Of a DNA stretch of 64,000 bases, positions 9,910-19,859 are shown in pieces; position 1 is the stretch's first letter; the number at the start of each line of letters is the position of its first letter. The DNA is from a bacterium. GTDB taxonomy: Bacteria; UBA8248. Where the stretch lies: positions 3,680,001 through 3,744,000 of the forward strand of contig OZ253442.1 in assembly GCA_965261085.1 (NCBI GenBank). The letters run 5' to 3'. Both the position numbers and the translations under genes were made by a program. The notes under the pieces were generated by a model. The model was not told the DNA's origin and searched no databases. It saw only the letters and a program-made list of their open reading frames with translations.

Positions 9910-10464
9910 TTAGGTCCGGGCCTTGCGAACCGTCTCGATACCGATGAACATCCTGAGCGGACGCGACGGCAGCGACTGAAACCCCATGGCCGCGTAGAAC
10001 GCGCGGCGTTTTTCCGTGATCCCGGGGCCGCCGTCCTCAATCACGTCGAGCACCACGGCCTTGAGCCCGATCTGATCCGCAGCGGCTGCCGCGCGGTTCA
10101 ATGCGTCCGCGAGAAGAATGCGTCCGAAGCCCTGGCCCTGGCGGCGGCTGTCGACTGCGATCATCGAGAGATAGACGGCCGGAATCCAGCCGGAGCGGGG
10201 AGCGTTCCTCGTCAGGTTCGCCGGGAGGTCGTCGCCTTCGAGCGAATGGGCGTTCAGCGCGTAAAACCCGAGAATTTCGGCGCGCCCGCCTTCCGTGGCC
10301 ACCCAGACCCGCGTGAAGTCTCCCGCCTGGTGTTTCCTGGCGGTGCGTTTGAGAAAGTTATCGAGCCGATCGGTCCCGCAGGAGAAAGCCGCTCGATCGT
10401 GTTTTTGCGGGTCGAGCGGCTCGATGGATATTCCTTGTGGATTTGGGGCCGCCTCAGCCGTCAC
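9910..10464 (-). CDS. GNAT acetyltransferase toxin (TacT/AtaT-like)
   Basis: HDRAAFSCG..LDNFL, ILGFYAL, IAVDSRRQGQGFG..LL.DAL, FY..MGF; GTG start overlaps the antitoxin end. Confidence 0.9.
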   Translation of the reverse strand: MTAEAAPNPQGISIEPLDPQKHDRAAFSCGTDRLDNFLKRTARKHQAGDFTRVWVATEGGRAEILGFYALNAHSLEGDDLPANLTRNAPRSGWIPAVYLSMIAVDSRRQGQGFGRILLADALNRAAAAADQIGLKAVVLDVIEDGGPGITEKRRAFYAAMGFQSLPSRPLRMFIGIETVRKART

Positions 10465-10765
10465 GCGCCACCCGCGCGCCGTGCAGGGCCATCGCCTCGC
10501 GCAACGCTTCGGTCGGCTCCGCAGGCGCATCGAGGGCAGTGAGGACGAGGTCGCGATCCTCCGCCGAGAGGAGGGTACGCTCATGATCGGCAATCGTGAG
10601 CCGGGCTTGCTCCAGCGCCGCGCTAGTCACGAAAGTCGTCTCGTCGACGCCGAGCAGGGCCGCCGCCTGTTGGATCTGCGCTTTGACGTGCGGTTTGGTG
10701 CGTTGTTCCATGCGCGCCGTTTTCGGCTCGTCGATGGCGGCCGCAGGGTCACGGAAGTTCAGCAT
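10454..10765 (-). CDS. DUF1778 RHH antitoxin (TacA/AtaR-like)
   Basis: KTARMEQR..KAQIQQAAALLG...TFVTSAALEQA...LTALDAPAEPTEAL; lies upstream of the GNAT toxin. Confidence 0.9.
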   Translation of the reverse strand: MLNFRDPAAAIDEPKTARMEQRTKPHVKAQIQQAAALLGVDETTFVTSAALEQARLTIADHERTLLSAEDRDLVLTALDAPAEPTEALREAMALHGARVARDG

Positions 10766-10920
10766 GGTCTCGCCTCCTTTGCCTGCCTTTAATGTACGGC
10801 AATTTGCCGGACACTGCAAGTTCTCAATCGTCCCAGCGTCGGATTAGAGTCGGAGCGAGGATCGAAGACGACGAATGGAGGTTTGTGAATTTCAATCCCT
10901 CCCGCCTTGGTGAGGTGAAT

Positions 10921-11090
10921 CACTCCCCCCTTGAGGGGGAGTAGCAGAAGCCGAGCGGTTTGTGCGAAGGCTGATGCGTGGGGGGTATGGTTCTAAAATA
11001 TGAGTTTCCCGACAAAATAAATTCACCCCCCACCGGTTCGCTTGAGGGCTTTCGCCCTTAGCTCACCGACTCCCCCTCAAGGGGGGAGTG
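10921..11090. repeat. Repeat family B, intact copy
   Basis: CACTCCCCCCTTGAGGGGGAGT ... ACTCCCCCTCAAGGGGGGAGTG terminal IR; additional half copy at 11120-11137. Confidence 0.85.
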
Positions 11091-11198
11091 GTTTTTCCTC
11101 TTTCATCAGTTGCTAATGACCCTCAAGGGGGGAGTGATATTAGAACCTCAATAGAGCGGCACGTTGATATCGCCCTGGGCAAGTGGGAAGATCGCCCA

Positions 11199-11651
11199 TC
11201 AGGTGCGCGGATGCGCGCTCTCTTCCCTGCGCACCGTGCCGCCCACGGCGATGGCCGCGCTTAAGAGAATGAGGTTCTTGATGATGTATTGCCCCTCCAG
11301 CGTGGGGGCGAAGGGAATCTGCGTGAAGCACACCTCGGGCAGCAGAAACAGCGGCAGAATCGTCCCCGGCATCTGAAGGAAAAGCAGGAACAGCGCCACG
11401 CGGATGAGCGGGCGGAAGAGCAGCCCCACCCCTATCGCCACCTCCCACCAGCCAAGTAGTGGGATGAAGAAATCAGGCGGAAGCCAATAGACCGTGCGGC
11501 GCACGAGTTCGGCCGCCGCGCTCAGACCCATGGGCTTCAGGATACCGAACCAGATGAAGACGACGGCGAGCGAAATCCTCAGGAACAGGCGGCCGTAGCG
11601 GTTCATCCAGCCCGAGATGTGGCGATCGATTTCGTCGATGTACGTGATCAA
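11199..11651 (-). CDS. DoxX-like membrane protein
   Basis: LRISLAVVFIWFGILK, LG.WEV.IG, PTLEGQYIIKN. Confidence 0.8.
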   Translation of the reverse strand: MITYIDEIDRHISGWMNRYGRLFLRISLAVVFIWFGILKPMGLSAAAELVRRTVYWLPPDFFIPLLGWWEVAIGVGLLFRPLIRVALFLLFLQMPGTILPLFLLPEVCFTQIPFAPTLEGQYIIKNLILLSAAIAVGGTVRREESAHPRT

Positions 11652-11943
11652 GGAAATTCCGTCCCGGCGGCGGGCCTGAAAGCGCGACTACGCTTTTCAA
11701 TATAGCCGTTTATCGCGCGGGAGAAAATTCACGAAGGCCTTAAAATCATCCGGGAAACCTCTTTTCCCTCCCCTTCGCCCGACGCCTGAGCAGGGAAAAC
11801 GTAAAAGCCATAAATTCTCCAAATTGAAAAATGCGGGCCTTTGTCGCATAATTTCTTCACATTCTATTCAAGCGCAAACGCGGAAAGAGCGGGCGGCCCC
11901 GTCTCGGGAGCCGCGGCCTCATTCTCAAACCCGGGAGGTGCAT

Positions 11944-13671
11944 ATGATTATCGAACGTGATCTGCCCGTCGAGATGGACGACGGGGTGGTGCTGCGGGTC
12001 GACGTCTACAGGCCCGACACCAAGGAGAAGGTGCCCATCGTCTTGGCCGGCGGCCCCTACGGCAAGGGAGTCAAGTATCAGGAGCACTACAAGCCGCTGT
12101 GGGATTCGCTGGTGAAGATGCACCCCGATATCCTGGAGGGATCGCAGCACCGCTGGCTGACATGGGAGACGGTGGACCCCGAGATATGGGTGCCCTGGGG
12201 CTACGCCTGCGTACGCTTCGATTCGCGCGGCGCGGGTCGCTCACCCGGTTATCTCGACATCTTCTCCCCGCGCGAGACCGAGGACTTCGCCATAGCCATC
12301 GAATGGGCGGGCCAACAGGAGTGGTCGAACGGCAAGGTCGGCCTGAACGGCGTCTCCTATTACGCCATCAACCAGTGGCAGGTCGCGGCGTTACAGCCCA
12401 AACACCTGACGGCCATGATCCCCTGGGAGGGCGCCGCCGACCACTACCGCGACTGGGCGCACCACGGGGGCATTCTCTCGAACAAGTTCATGGAAATCTG
12501 GTATCCGCGCCAGGTCGAGGCGGTGCAGCACGGCAACCCCAAGGGCCCGCGCGACCACTGGATGGAGACGCGCTCGACGGGTCCGGCGACGCTTTCTAAG
12601 GAAGAACTCAAGGACAACCGCGCCGACACGCTCTCGAACTTCCTGGCGCGCGAGATGGACGACGACTGGTACCGCTCTCGCTCGCCCGACTGGTCGAAGG
12701 TGAAAGTCCCCTTCCTGAGCGCGGGAAGCTGGGCGGGCTTCGGCCTGCATCCGCGCGGGAACTTCGAGGCCTACACGCAGGCGGCGTCCGAGGAGAAATG
12801 GCTCGAAGCGCATCCGGGCAGGCACGAGGAGTGGTTCTATCTCAAATACGGGATGGATCTTCAAAAGCGCTTCTTTGACTATTATCTCAAGGGCGAGCAG
12901 AACGGCTGGGACAAAGAACCCCGCGTGTGGCTCAACCTGCGGCGTCCGTTCACCGACGAGGTGGAACTCCGCAAAGAACACGAATGGCCGCTCAAGGGCA
13001 CGAATTGGACGAAGCTCTACATCCACGCGGGCGGCAAGGGCAAGCTCGACCCGAACCCGCCGAAAGCCAAGCGCTCAAAAACCTTCCGGGCGCTGACGCG
13101 CGGCATCACCTTGCGGACGGCGCCGCTCAAGGAGGAGACCGAGATCACGGGCCCGATGGCGGCCAAGCTCTTCATCTCCTCATCAACGCGGGATGCGGAT
13201 TTGTTCCTGACCGTCCAGGCGTTCTCGCCCAGGGGCCGGGAAGTCTATTTCCAGGGCACGGTCGACCCCAAGACGCCGCTCGCACAGGGGTGGCTGCGCG
13301 CCTCGCACCGAAAGCTGGATGAGGAGCTATCAGACCCCTGGCGGCCCTACCACACGCACGACGACAAACAGCTGCTGACGCCGGAGCGGATTTACGAACT
13401 CGACATCGAAATCTGGCCCCAGTGCATCGTGCTGCCCAAAGGCTTCCAACTCTCCATCAACATCGCCGGGCAGGATTTCGACCGCCCCGGCCCTGCGGTG
13501 GAAGCCTACGTTCCCTCGCGCGGGTCGGGACCGTTCTTACACGATCATCCCGTCGATCGCTCGAAAGAAGTCTTCGGCGGGCGCACCACCCTGCACACGG
13601 GCCCGAACCACCAGTCGTACCTGCTCGTGCCGATCATCCCCAAAGGACGGCCCGGCGCAGTGGCGAAGTAA
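11944..13671 (+). CDS. CocE/NonD family serine hydrolase
   Basis: MDDGVVLRVDVYRP, PYGK, DSRGAGRSPG, WSNGKVGLNGVSY; GGAGG RBS before ATG 11944. Confidence 0.9.
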   Translation: MIIERDLPVEMDDGVVLRVDVYRPDTKEKVPIVLAGGPYGKGVKYQEHYKPLWDSLVKMHPDILEGSQHRWLTWETVDPEIWVPWGYACVRFDSRGAGRSPGYLDIFSPRETEDFAIAIEWAGQQEWSNGKVGLNGVSYYAINQWQVAALQPKHLTAMIPWEGAADHYRDWAHHGGILSNKFMEIWYPRQVEAVQHGNPKGPRDHWMETRSTGPATLSKEELKDNRADTLSNFLAREMDDDWYRSRSPDWSKVKVPFLSAGSWAGFGLHPRGNFEAYTQAASEEKWLEAHPGRHEEWFYLKYGMDLQKRFFDYYLKGEQNGWDKEPRVWLNLRRPFTDEVELRKEHEWPLKGTNWTKLYIHAGGKGKLDPNPPKAKRSKTFRALTRGITLRTAPLKEETEITGPMAAKLFISSSTRDADLFLTVQAFSPRGREVYFQGTVDPKTPLAQGWLRASHRKLDEELSDPWRPYHTHDDKQLLTPERIYELDIEIWPQCIVLPKGFQLSINIAGQDFDRPGPAVEAYVPSRGSGPFLHDHPVDRSKEVFGGRTTLHTGPNHQSYLLVPIIPKGRPGAVAK

Positions 13672-13726
13672 GACTTAAGCAAGGCCCGGGTTCAGCCTGA
13701 GCCGAACAGAATGAGACTTAAAACAT

Positions 13727-13757
13727 CGGGGGTGGGGATATTTCCCACCCCCGGTGT
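13727..13757. terminator. Hairpin/terminator downstream of the CocE gene
   Basis: GGGGGTGGG-loop-CCCACCCCC stem. Confidence 0.55.
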
Positions 13758-13780
13758 CGTGCATTACCCGAAAATACCGT

Positions 13781-13809
13781 TTGACAATGTCAAAATGATG
13801 GCTTATTTT
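13781..13809 (+). promoter_or_regulatory. Sigma70-type promoter TTGACA-17-TATTTT
   Basis: Consensus -35, 17-bp spacer and 4/6 -10 upstream of the sRNA/DUF3800 unit. Confidence 0.65.
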
Positions 13810-13815
13810 CATCAT

Positions 13816-13893
13816 GAGACGCAATCCTGGATGTCATGACAGGGTTGCCCTTCATTCCGAGACCCACGCTCCGGCGTGGGTTTTCGTGTTTTT
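13816..13893 (+). ncRNA. Candidate small structured RNA (DUF3800-associated motif-like) ending in an intrinsic terminator
   Basis: Stem GCAATCCTG/CAGGGTTGC (13821-13848) with 10-nt loop, then GAGACCCACGC-TCCG-GCGTGGGTTTTC plus T-tract. Confidence 0.55.
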
Positions 13894-13911
13894 GCGATCT
13901 TGGGTTGCTCA

Positions 13912-14652
13912 TTGACTTACATCGCCTATCTTGACGAATTTGGACACATCGGGCCTTACATCAGCCGGAGCCATCCGAATCACAACGATAGTCCTGTGTT
14001 CGGCCTTGCCGGCTTCGTTCTTCCAACTGATGAAGTACGCAGGTTCGGGACGTGGTTTTTTCAACGCAAATGCGAATTGCTCGATTTCGAGATTAAGCAG
14101 TCTGGCAAAAATCCCGCCCGATGGGAGAAAAAGGGAGCCCGTCTTTATACGGTAACCAACGTTATTAGGTATCCTGAACTGCGAAGATTCACAAACCGCC
14201 TGTTGAACATGATCACAATACTCGGCGGTTTCGTATTCTATGTTGGAATCAAGAAAAACGCCGATCCTGAGCATCACAAGCCAAATCTGCTTTACGAACG
14301 GATTCTTGTTGAGGCAATCAAGCGGATCAATGGGTACTGTTCTGAAGATTGCAAGCTCCCAGAAAATTTTCTTATGGCTCTTGACCAACACCAGCACCGC
14401 TCGGCGTTACTTACAAGAGCGGCGCAAAGCATGTATGGAATTCAATCATATCGATGTCTGATTGAGCAGCCTTTCCATCTGGAAAGCCACCGCTATCAAA
14501 CCATACAGGCTGCCGATTGGATTGCGGGGCTGGTTGGACGAATTGGAGCGATTTGGACAGATCCAGAAGCCTATCCCGAAAACGAGGTGTTCCGAAGGTA
14601 TTTTGAACATCGCCTTCATCACGTCAGTCGACGGAGTGGAATCCGGAATTGA
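13912..14652 (+). CDS. DUF3800 domain protein
   Basis: N-terminal YIAYLDEFG, VFGLAG, C-terminal IQAADWIAG (QxxD); TTG 13912 chosen as start because GTG 13876 lies inside the terminator. Confidence 0.8.
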   Translation: MTYIAYLDEFGHIGPYISRSHPNHNDSPVFGLAGFVLPTDEVRRFGTWFFQRKCELLDFEIKQSGKNPARWEKKGARLYTVTNVIRYPELRRFTNRLLNMITILGGFVFYVGIKKNADPEHHKPNLLYERILVEAIKRINGYCSEDCKLPENFLMALDQHQHRSALLTRAAQSMYGIQSYRCLIEQPFHLESHRYQTIQAADWIAGLVGRIGAIWTDPEAYPENEVFRRYFEHRLHHVSRRSGIRN

Positions 14653-14659
14653 CTTGCAA

Positions 14660-14735
14660 TGGTGGGCGGGAGAGGGTTCGAACCTCCGACCTATGCCTTG
14701 TAAGGGCACCGCTCTGCCAGCTGAGCTACCCGCCC
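14660..14735 (-). tRNA. tRNA-Val (TAC)
   Basis: GGGCGGGTAGCTCAGCTGGCAGAGCGGTGCCCTTACAAGGCATAGGTCGGAGGTTCGAACCCTCTCCCGCCCACCA: 76-nt cloverleaf with CCA. Confidence 0.97.
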
Positions 14736-14821
14736 ATAGGGAAACGGCGCGTGGAGAATAGCATTTTGAGAGTGGGGCGGCTATCCCCGGAACCGATGAG
14801 AATCCGGTTTCATCCATCCGG

Positions 14822-15943
14822 TTAAATCTGTAGTTCCCCGTCCTTGGAAAAGAGTTTTCCGTCCACGTACACCTCACCGCCATCGCGCAAATCGCACACC
14901 ATGTCCCAGTGAAGGGCGGAGTTGTTCCTGGAACCACTCTGGGGATAGCCCTTGCCCAGGGCGAGGTGCAGGGTGCCGCCGATTTTCTCATCGAACAGCG
15001 TGTTTTTCGTGAAGCGCTGGATGCCGCCGTTCAAGCCGAAGGCGAACTCCCCCACCCTCTTGGCGCCATCGTCCATGCCGATCATGGATTTCAAGAACGC
15101 CTCGTTCTTATCCGCCGTCGCCTTCACGACCTCGCCCTTGTCGAACTCGAGCTCCACGCCGTCGACCTCGCGCCCCGAGATGCAGGCGGGAAAGGAATAG
15201 CGAATCTTTCCGTCGATTCTGTTCTCCTGCGGGCCGGTGAAAACCTCCCCGTCCGGGAAATTGTTGCGCCCCGAACAATTCATGAACGGACGCCCCGCGA
15301 TGCCCACACGCAGGTCTGTGCCGGGCGCGCCGATTTCCACCACCTTGCGTCCCTTCAAATAGCGAATCACCCGCGCCTGGCGCCTGTGCTGCTCCCGCCA
15401 GCGCTTGATGCCGCCCGCCTCATCCGCGAAACACGCGCCGAAAACAAAATTCTCATACTCCCTGATCCCCATCTCGGCATCCTGCGCGTAGGCCTCGGTG
15501 GGAAACAGAGTAAGCGTCCACCGGAGGCCCCCCTTGCCCGTTTCCTCATGCTGGGCGGCGCGCTTCATGAACGTCTCCATGATGGGCTGTCTGGTTTTAG
15601 ACACAATCGCCTGTTTCTTGGGGTCTGCGCCCGAGAGCCGCCGCGTGTTCGTTTCGGATAAAATACTGATGACGACGTCCACGTTTTCCACTTCAAATTT
15701 TCTCATGGGTGAGAGATACGCCAACTGGGCGCGTTTGGCGTGCTCGAAAAAAATCTCCTCAAGCCCCGGCAGCGACACCTCGGCATGGACGTGCGCGCCG
15801 CGCCGGACGCACTCGGCGTACACCGCGCGAATGAGGGGAGCGGCGGCCGTGCCGCCCCGGATGACCACGAGATCGTCTCGTTTTACTTTTGAGGAATACC
15901 CCGTGATGATCTCCGCCATCCGCTCCACGCGCACATCTTCCAT
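14822..15943 (-). CDS. M29 aminopeptidase (AmpS/AmpT-like)
   Basis: NFPDGEVFTGP, GEFAFG, TLFDEKIGGTLHLALG..YP, S.LHWDM. Confidence 0.92.
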   Translation of the reverse strand: MEDVRVERMAEIITGYSSKVKRDDLVVIRGGTAAAPLIRAVYAECVRRGAHVHAEVSLPGLEEIFFEHAKRAQLAYLSPMRKFEVENVDVVISILSETNTRRLSGADPKKQAIVSKTRQPIMETFMKRAAQHEETGKGGLRWTLTLFPTEAYAQDAEMGIREYENFVFGACFADEAGGIKRWREQHRRQARVIRYLKGRKVVEIGAPGTDLRVGIAGRPFMNCSGRNNFPDGEVFTGPQENRIDGKIRYSFPACISGREVDGVELEFDKGEVVKATADKNEAFLKSMIGMDDGAKRVGEFAFGLNGGIQRFTKNTLFDEKIGGTLHLALGKGYPQSGSRNNSALHWDMVCDLRDGGEVYVDGKLFSKDGELQI

Positions 15944-16125
15944 CTTTATCTCCTCCCGTAATGATTTGTTCCGGTAATGCACTAGACGGCAACTCTCGAC
16001 TCACGGCCCACCCGAGCGATGCGAGAGGGGCGTGACGAATCATGCTCCTGCGTCCATGATACAACAAAACGGCGGGGAGATTCAGCAGAAAGTGGGGGGA
16101 GGTCGAGCGAGGCGAGGCATTCCTC

Positions 16126-16195
16126 GTAGGGGTCGCATACATGCGACCCGTGTTTTGACGACGAAAAATCAGGGACGCATATATGCGTCCCCTAC
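16126..16195. repeat. Inverted pair of GTAG-family REPs
   Basis: GTAGGGGTCGCATACATGCGACCC ... GGGACGCATATATGCGTCCCCTAC. Confidence 0.75.
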
Positions 16196-16277
16196 ACTCA
16201 CGTCGCCGAACCCAACAGCGTGCCGGATGTTCGCGAACCGCTCCTAAACCCTCTTGCATCCGTTGGGCGGATACTCC

Positions 16278-19121
16278 TTAGTCCTCTCCCTCCAGATTCA
16301 TCTTGAGCAACTCCCCCAACGCCTCTCCTTCGGAAATGTCGGCGGGCCAGCCATAGGCGGCGGCTACAGCGGCGTCGAGTTCCGCGTGGGTGTCGGCGAG
16401 CCATTGCGGACGGGTGTTGTAGAGGTTGGTGAGGGTGCGCTTCTTGAGTTCTTTCGCGGAGGTTTCATCGAGCGGGACGGGACGCTTGGGATATCCCGGA
16501 ACAGGCTCGTCCACCCACTCCACCCATTCGGGCGGATTCAGCCAGTTGTCTCGGAGTTCCACCAGCCGCCGTGCAGCTTCGGCGATTAGGACGGCGCGTG
16601 GATCGTCCTTGTAATCGACGGCGGATACATCGGGCGAAAGGCCTTTCGGGAATGGATAGGTCTCGAAGGTGGTGGTCGGCGTATAGCGTGGGTCGTTTCC
16701 CACCCCAACCCAAGTGCAAAGTCTGAGTGACCACGCTTCATGAAACCGGCTGTGGAGAACCCCGAATGTCGTATCGTCGTCGCGAGCGATTACGATAACT
16801 TGGCAATCGGGACAAATACCAGCATCCAGCCACACGAATAGTCGATGCTTGGCGACGCGGGGCGTGGCGATGTAGCGCGATAGGCCGTTTATGGCTTGCC
16901 ACATCTCCGGGCGAGGACGCCAGTGTCGCCACCAAAAATCCATAATTCCTTTTTCGTCGCTTTTCTTTTTCACCGGTAAAACATGTTCCTGGATATAAGC
17001 AAAAGGCGCTTCATAAAGCGCTGCGTCGGCCTCGCTCATCGTATCGCCGAAATCGACGATCCACATGTCTCGTGGACGGCGCGTCAGGTCCATGCCGTTC
17101 ATCCAAGGCTTCAAAACGTCGGCGTTGGGCCGCCCGTTAGGGTTCGCGGGGAGTCGCAGCCACGACCGCGCCAAATCTCCGGGGATATCGAACGAACCAC
17201 GCTTGATGTCTCCCTGAAAAGCAACACCCTCGCTTCGTTTCAGCGGATTCGCTGAAGTGAGATCGAGACTTCCTGCGGATAAGTCCGCGTTGATTTGGGA
17301 TACATCACTCTCGTCCAGACGAACGGGAAGTTCGGCATCCTTTGAAGCGAAGCAGATCAGCGAGACGCGAACCGCTGCCCCCTCGACGACCCAAGACTCA
17401 TCCGAGTGGGCGTCGAAAATAGCCGAATCTTCCAGAATTTTATCCAGTGTTTTACGATTTGTACCGCCACGGATCGAATTCGTCGCCACCAGACCGGCGC
17501 GTTCAACTTTTCCTTCAGCGACCAAACGTCCTGCCTTGGCGAACCAGTAACAAACCAAATCGGGCTTGCCGCGAATCAATCCTCTGTATGTGCGTGGTAG
17601 TGTTTCGGCGTAATCATATCCTAATTCCTTGCGGAGTTTTCTATTTCCCAGAAACGGGGGGTTGCCGATGACGACGTCGACTTCCGGCCAGTCGGGTTCT
17701 TCGCCCTCCACCGTCAATATCGCGTCGCGGCATTCGATTGTGTCGAGTGGTTTAAGAACCGGGTCTCGATTCTCGACAAACCCGTTGCGCCGCATCCACT
17801 GAATCTCACCAATCCACACCGAGACGCGGGCGAGTTCGGCGGCGTAGGGGTTGATTTCGATTCCCTTGACGTTAGCGGGACCGACCGAGGGGAACGCCCG
17901 TTCGAGACCCATCGCCTCGGCTTCGAGCTGCGCGCGGTGCTCCACGTCCTTTAGTGCGTGAAGCGCCAGATAGAGAAAATTGCCCGAACCGCAGGCGGGG
18001 TCGAGCACTTGGAACCCTCGCAGTTTCGCAAGAAAATCGCGCAATAGCTGATTCGCCAACCCACGCCGCCTCGTGCGCACAGAAGCCGATTTGGTCTCGC
18101 CTGCCCGTTCGAGATGTTCGGCGATTTCCCTCTTTACTTTCTCCCATTCGGCGAGCAGGGGGCGAGTGATGACCGGATCGATGATGCACATGATCTTGTC
18201 GCGATCCGTGTAGTGCGCTCCGAGTTGTGAACGTTTATCCGGATTGAGGCCACGCTCGAAAAGTGTGCCCAGGATAGAAGGGTCGATTTCCGACCAGTCG
18301 AGACCCGCCGCCGCGAGCGCGGTTTCTATCTCGGCTCTTTCGAGCGGCAGGGCGGAATCGTCGTCGAACAGCCCGCCGTTGAACCACGCCACGGACTCGA
18401 AGCCGACATCCCCGCCTTCGGACATCGCCCCGAACAGGCGGCTTGCCAATTCGGCAAACACCTCGGGCCGATTTCTCGCGCCTTGTAACATCCGCGTGAA
18501 CATCTTGTTCGGCAGAAGCCCCACGTCCTCGGCGAACATGCAGAACACCAGCCTGTTGATGAAATGCGCCACCGCCTGCGGATCGCGTCCGCGTCCTCGT
18601 AGACTATGGGCCAGCAGGGCGAAGGTGGCAGCCGCGCGCTCGGTGATATCCTGCCTGCTCTCGCCGGGCCGGAGCCGTTCAGGGTCGGCCATCGCCCATT
18701 TGAGCTTGTCGCGGTTTGCGGCATCCACCAAATCTTCAAGCGCGAACTCGTGCGTCTCGCTCACGCTGTTCGTCCAGTTGGTATAGATGCGGAAGAGCGC
18801 CATGTCGGAGACGATCAAGAGCGGCGGGTTGTCGAGCGCTAGAGTGTATTGCCTGAGTTACCTGAAAGCGGCGTCCAAATTCTTGTGCTTGCCCTTGTAT
18901 TCCCAGGCGAAATGATGCCGCTTCCACACGTCGGCCCAGCCCTTGCCGCCGCCGTCCTTGCGCGCGCCGCGCTCGAAGCAGTAGTGATCGCCCTTAGGGT
19001 CGGCCTCCGCCGGAGTCGGCTCGTCCAGCAGACGGCACAGGTCGATGAAGTGCTCCTGCGCCGCCGAACTTTCTTTCAACTCCGAGACCCGCCACTTGGC
19101 GATGAACTCACCCGGCGTCAT
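16278..19121 (-). pseudogene. MmeI/YeeA-like type IIL restriction-modification enzyme with an in-frame TAA at 18858-18860
   Basis: N-terminal ADVWKRHHFAWEYK nuclease motif, GAHYT, LDPACGSGNFL, GNPPF; ORFs 18858-19121 and 16278-18818 are in one frame, reading AAFR*LRQYTLALDNPPLLIVSD. Confidence 0.85.
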
Positions 19122-19298
19122 GGCGCCCACAGTTGGTTGTTTTTTGTTTTTGGAATGAACACACCCATTCGCATTCCACCAACATACCGAGTCTTTCATC
19201 GCCCGGCAACCGGATTCGCTTGCTCCTCAGTCGCGTCAAAGACGCAGTCTTCCCCTCCTCGGGGAAGCCTGACCTCCTCGGGGAAGCCTGACCTCATC

Positions 19299-19489
19299 GG
19301 GGTTGTTGAAAAAGCCCCCCTGACAAGGGGGGTTGGGGGGTTCATGGCAAGGAAGGATGGGGGGGAGTCGGAGGGAATAGTACTTTACCCGTCCCGCTCG
19401 CCCTCCCTCGGCTGGAAACCAACCCCCCTGGCCCCCCTTGTCAGGGGGGTAAAGGCCATGCGCCCGACGAGGGGTTTTTCAACAGCCCC
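19299..19489. mobile_element. MITE family A, 5-bp TSD TCATC
   Basis: TIRs GGGGTTGTTGAAAAA / TTTTTCAACAGCCCC; TCATC at 19294-19298 and 19490-19494. Confidence 0.85.
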
Positions 19490-19859
19490 TCATCGGTCGG
19501 GTTTGACTTTTTTTCGGGATTCGCCACATCGCGCCGGAGGCGCATTTCCCCGCATTTGCGGTGGGGGGATGAAAAGAGAGAGCGGGTATGATGGCGGAGC
19601 GGCTCGGCCCATCCGGGCCAGGGGAATTTCTGAAAATATCGATAAATTCACGGGGTTTTTCGATAAATTAGGTGCGTCCATCCGTTTCGATTAGACGCAT
19701 ATCTATCTAACATATTGATATTATTGTCTTTCAATGAGTCTTTGAAATCCACCCTCCACAATCCGTAATCAAACCGAAAGCGGATTCGTTACAACGCCTG
19801 CGTATCCCAGGGAGGCGTTGTCGCCGTAACCGTTCGGCGGTGGGGTGACGGGGGTTGTT

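Noticed and set aside
14660-14735. tRNA-Val as the attachment site of the large island
   Set aside because: The island lies on the 5' side of the tRNA beyond housekeeping genes, and I found no duplicated tRNA 3' end.
19257-19294. 19-bp tandem duplication next to MITE A
   Set aside because: Only two units; most likely a local slippage or insertion scar.
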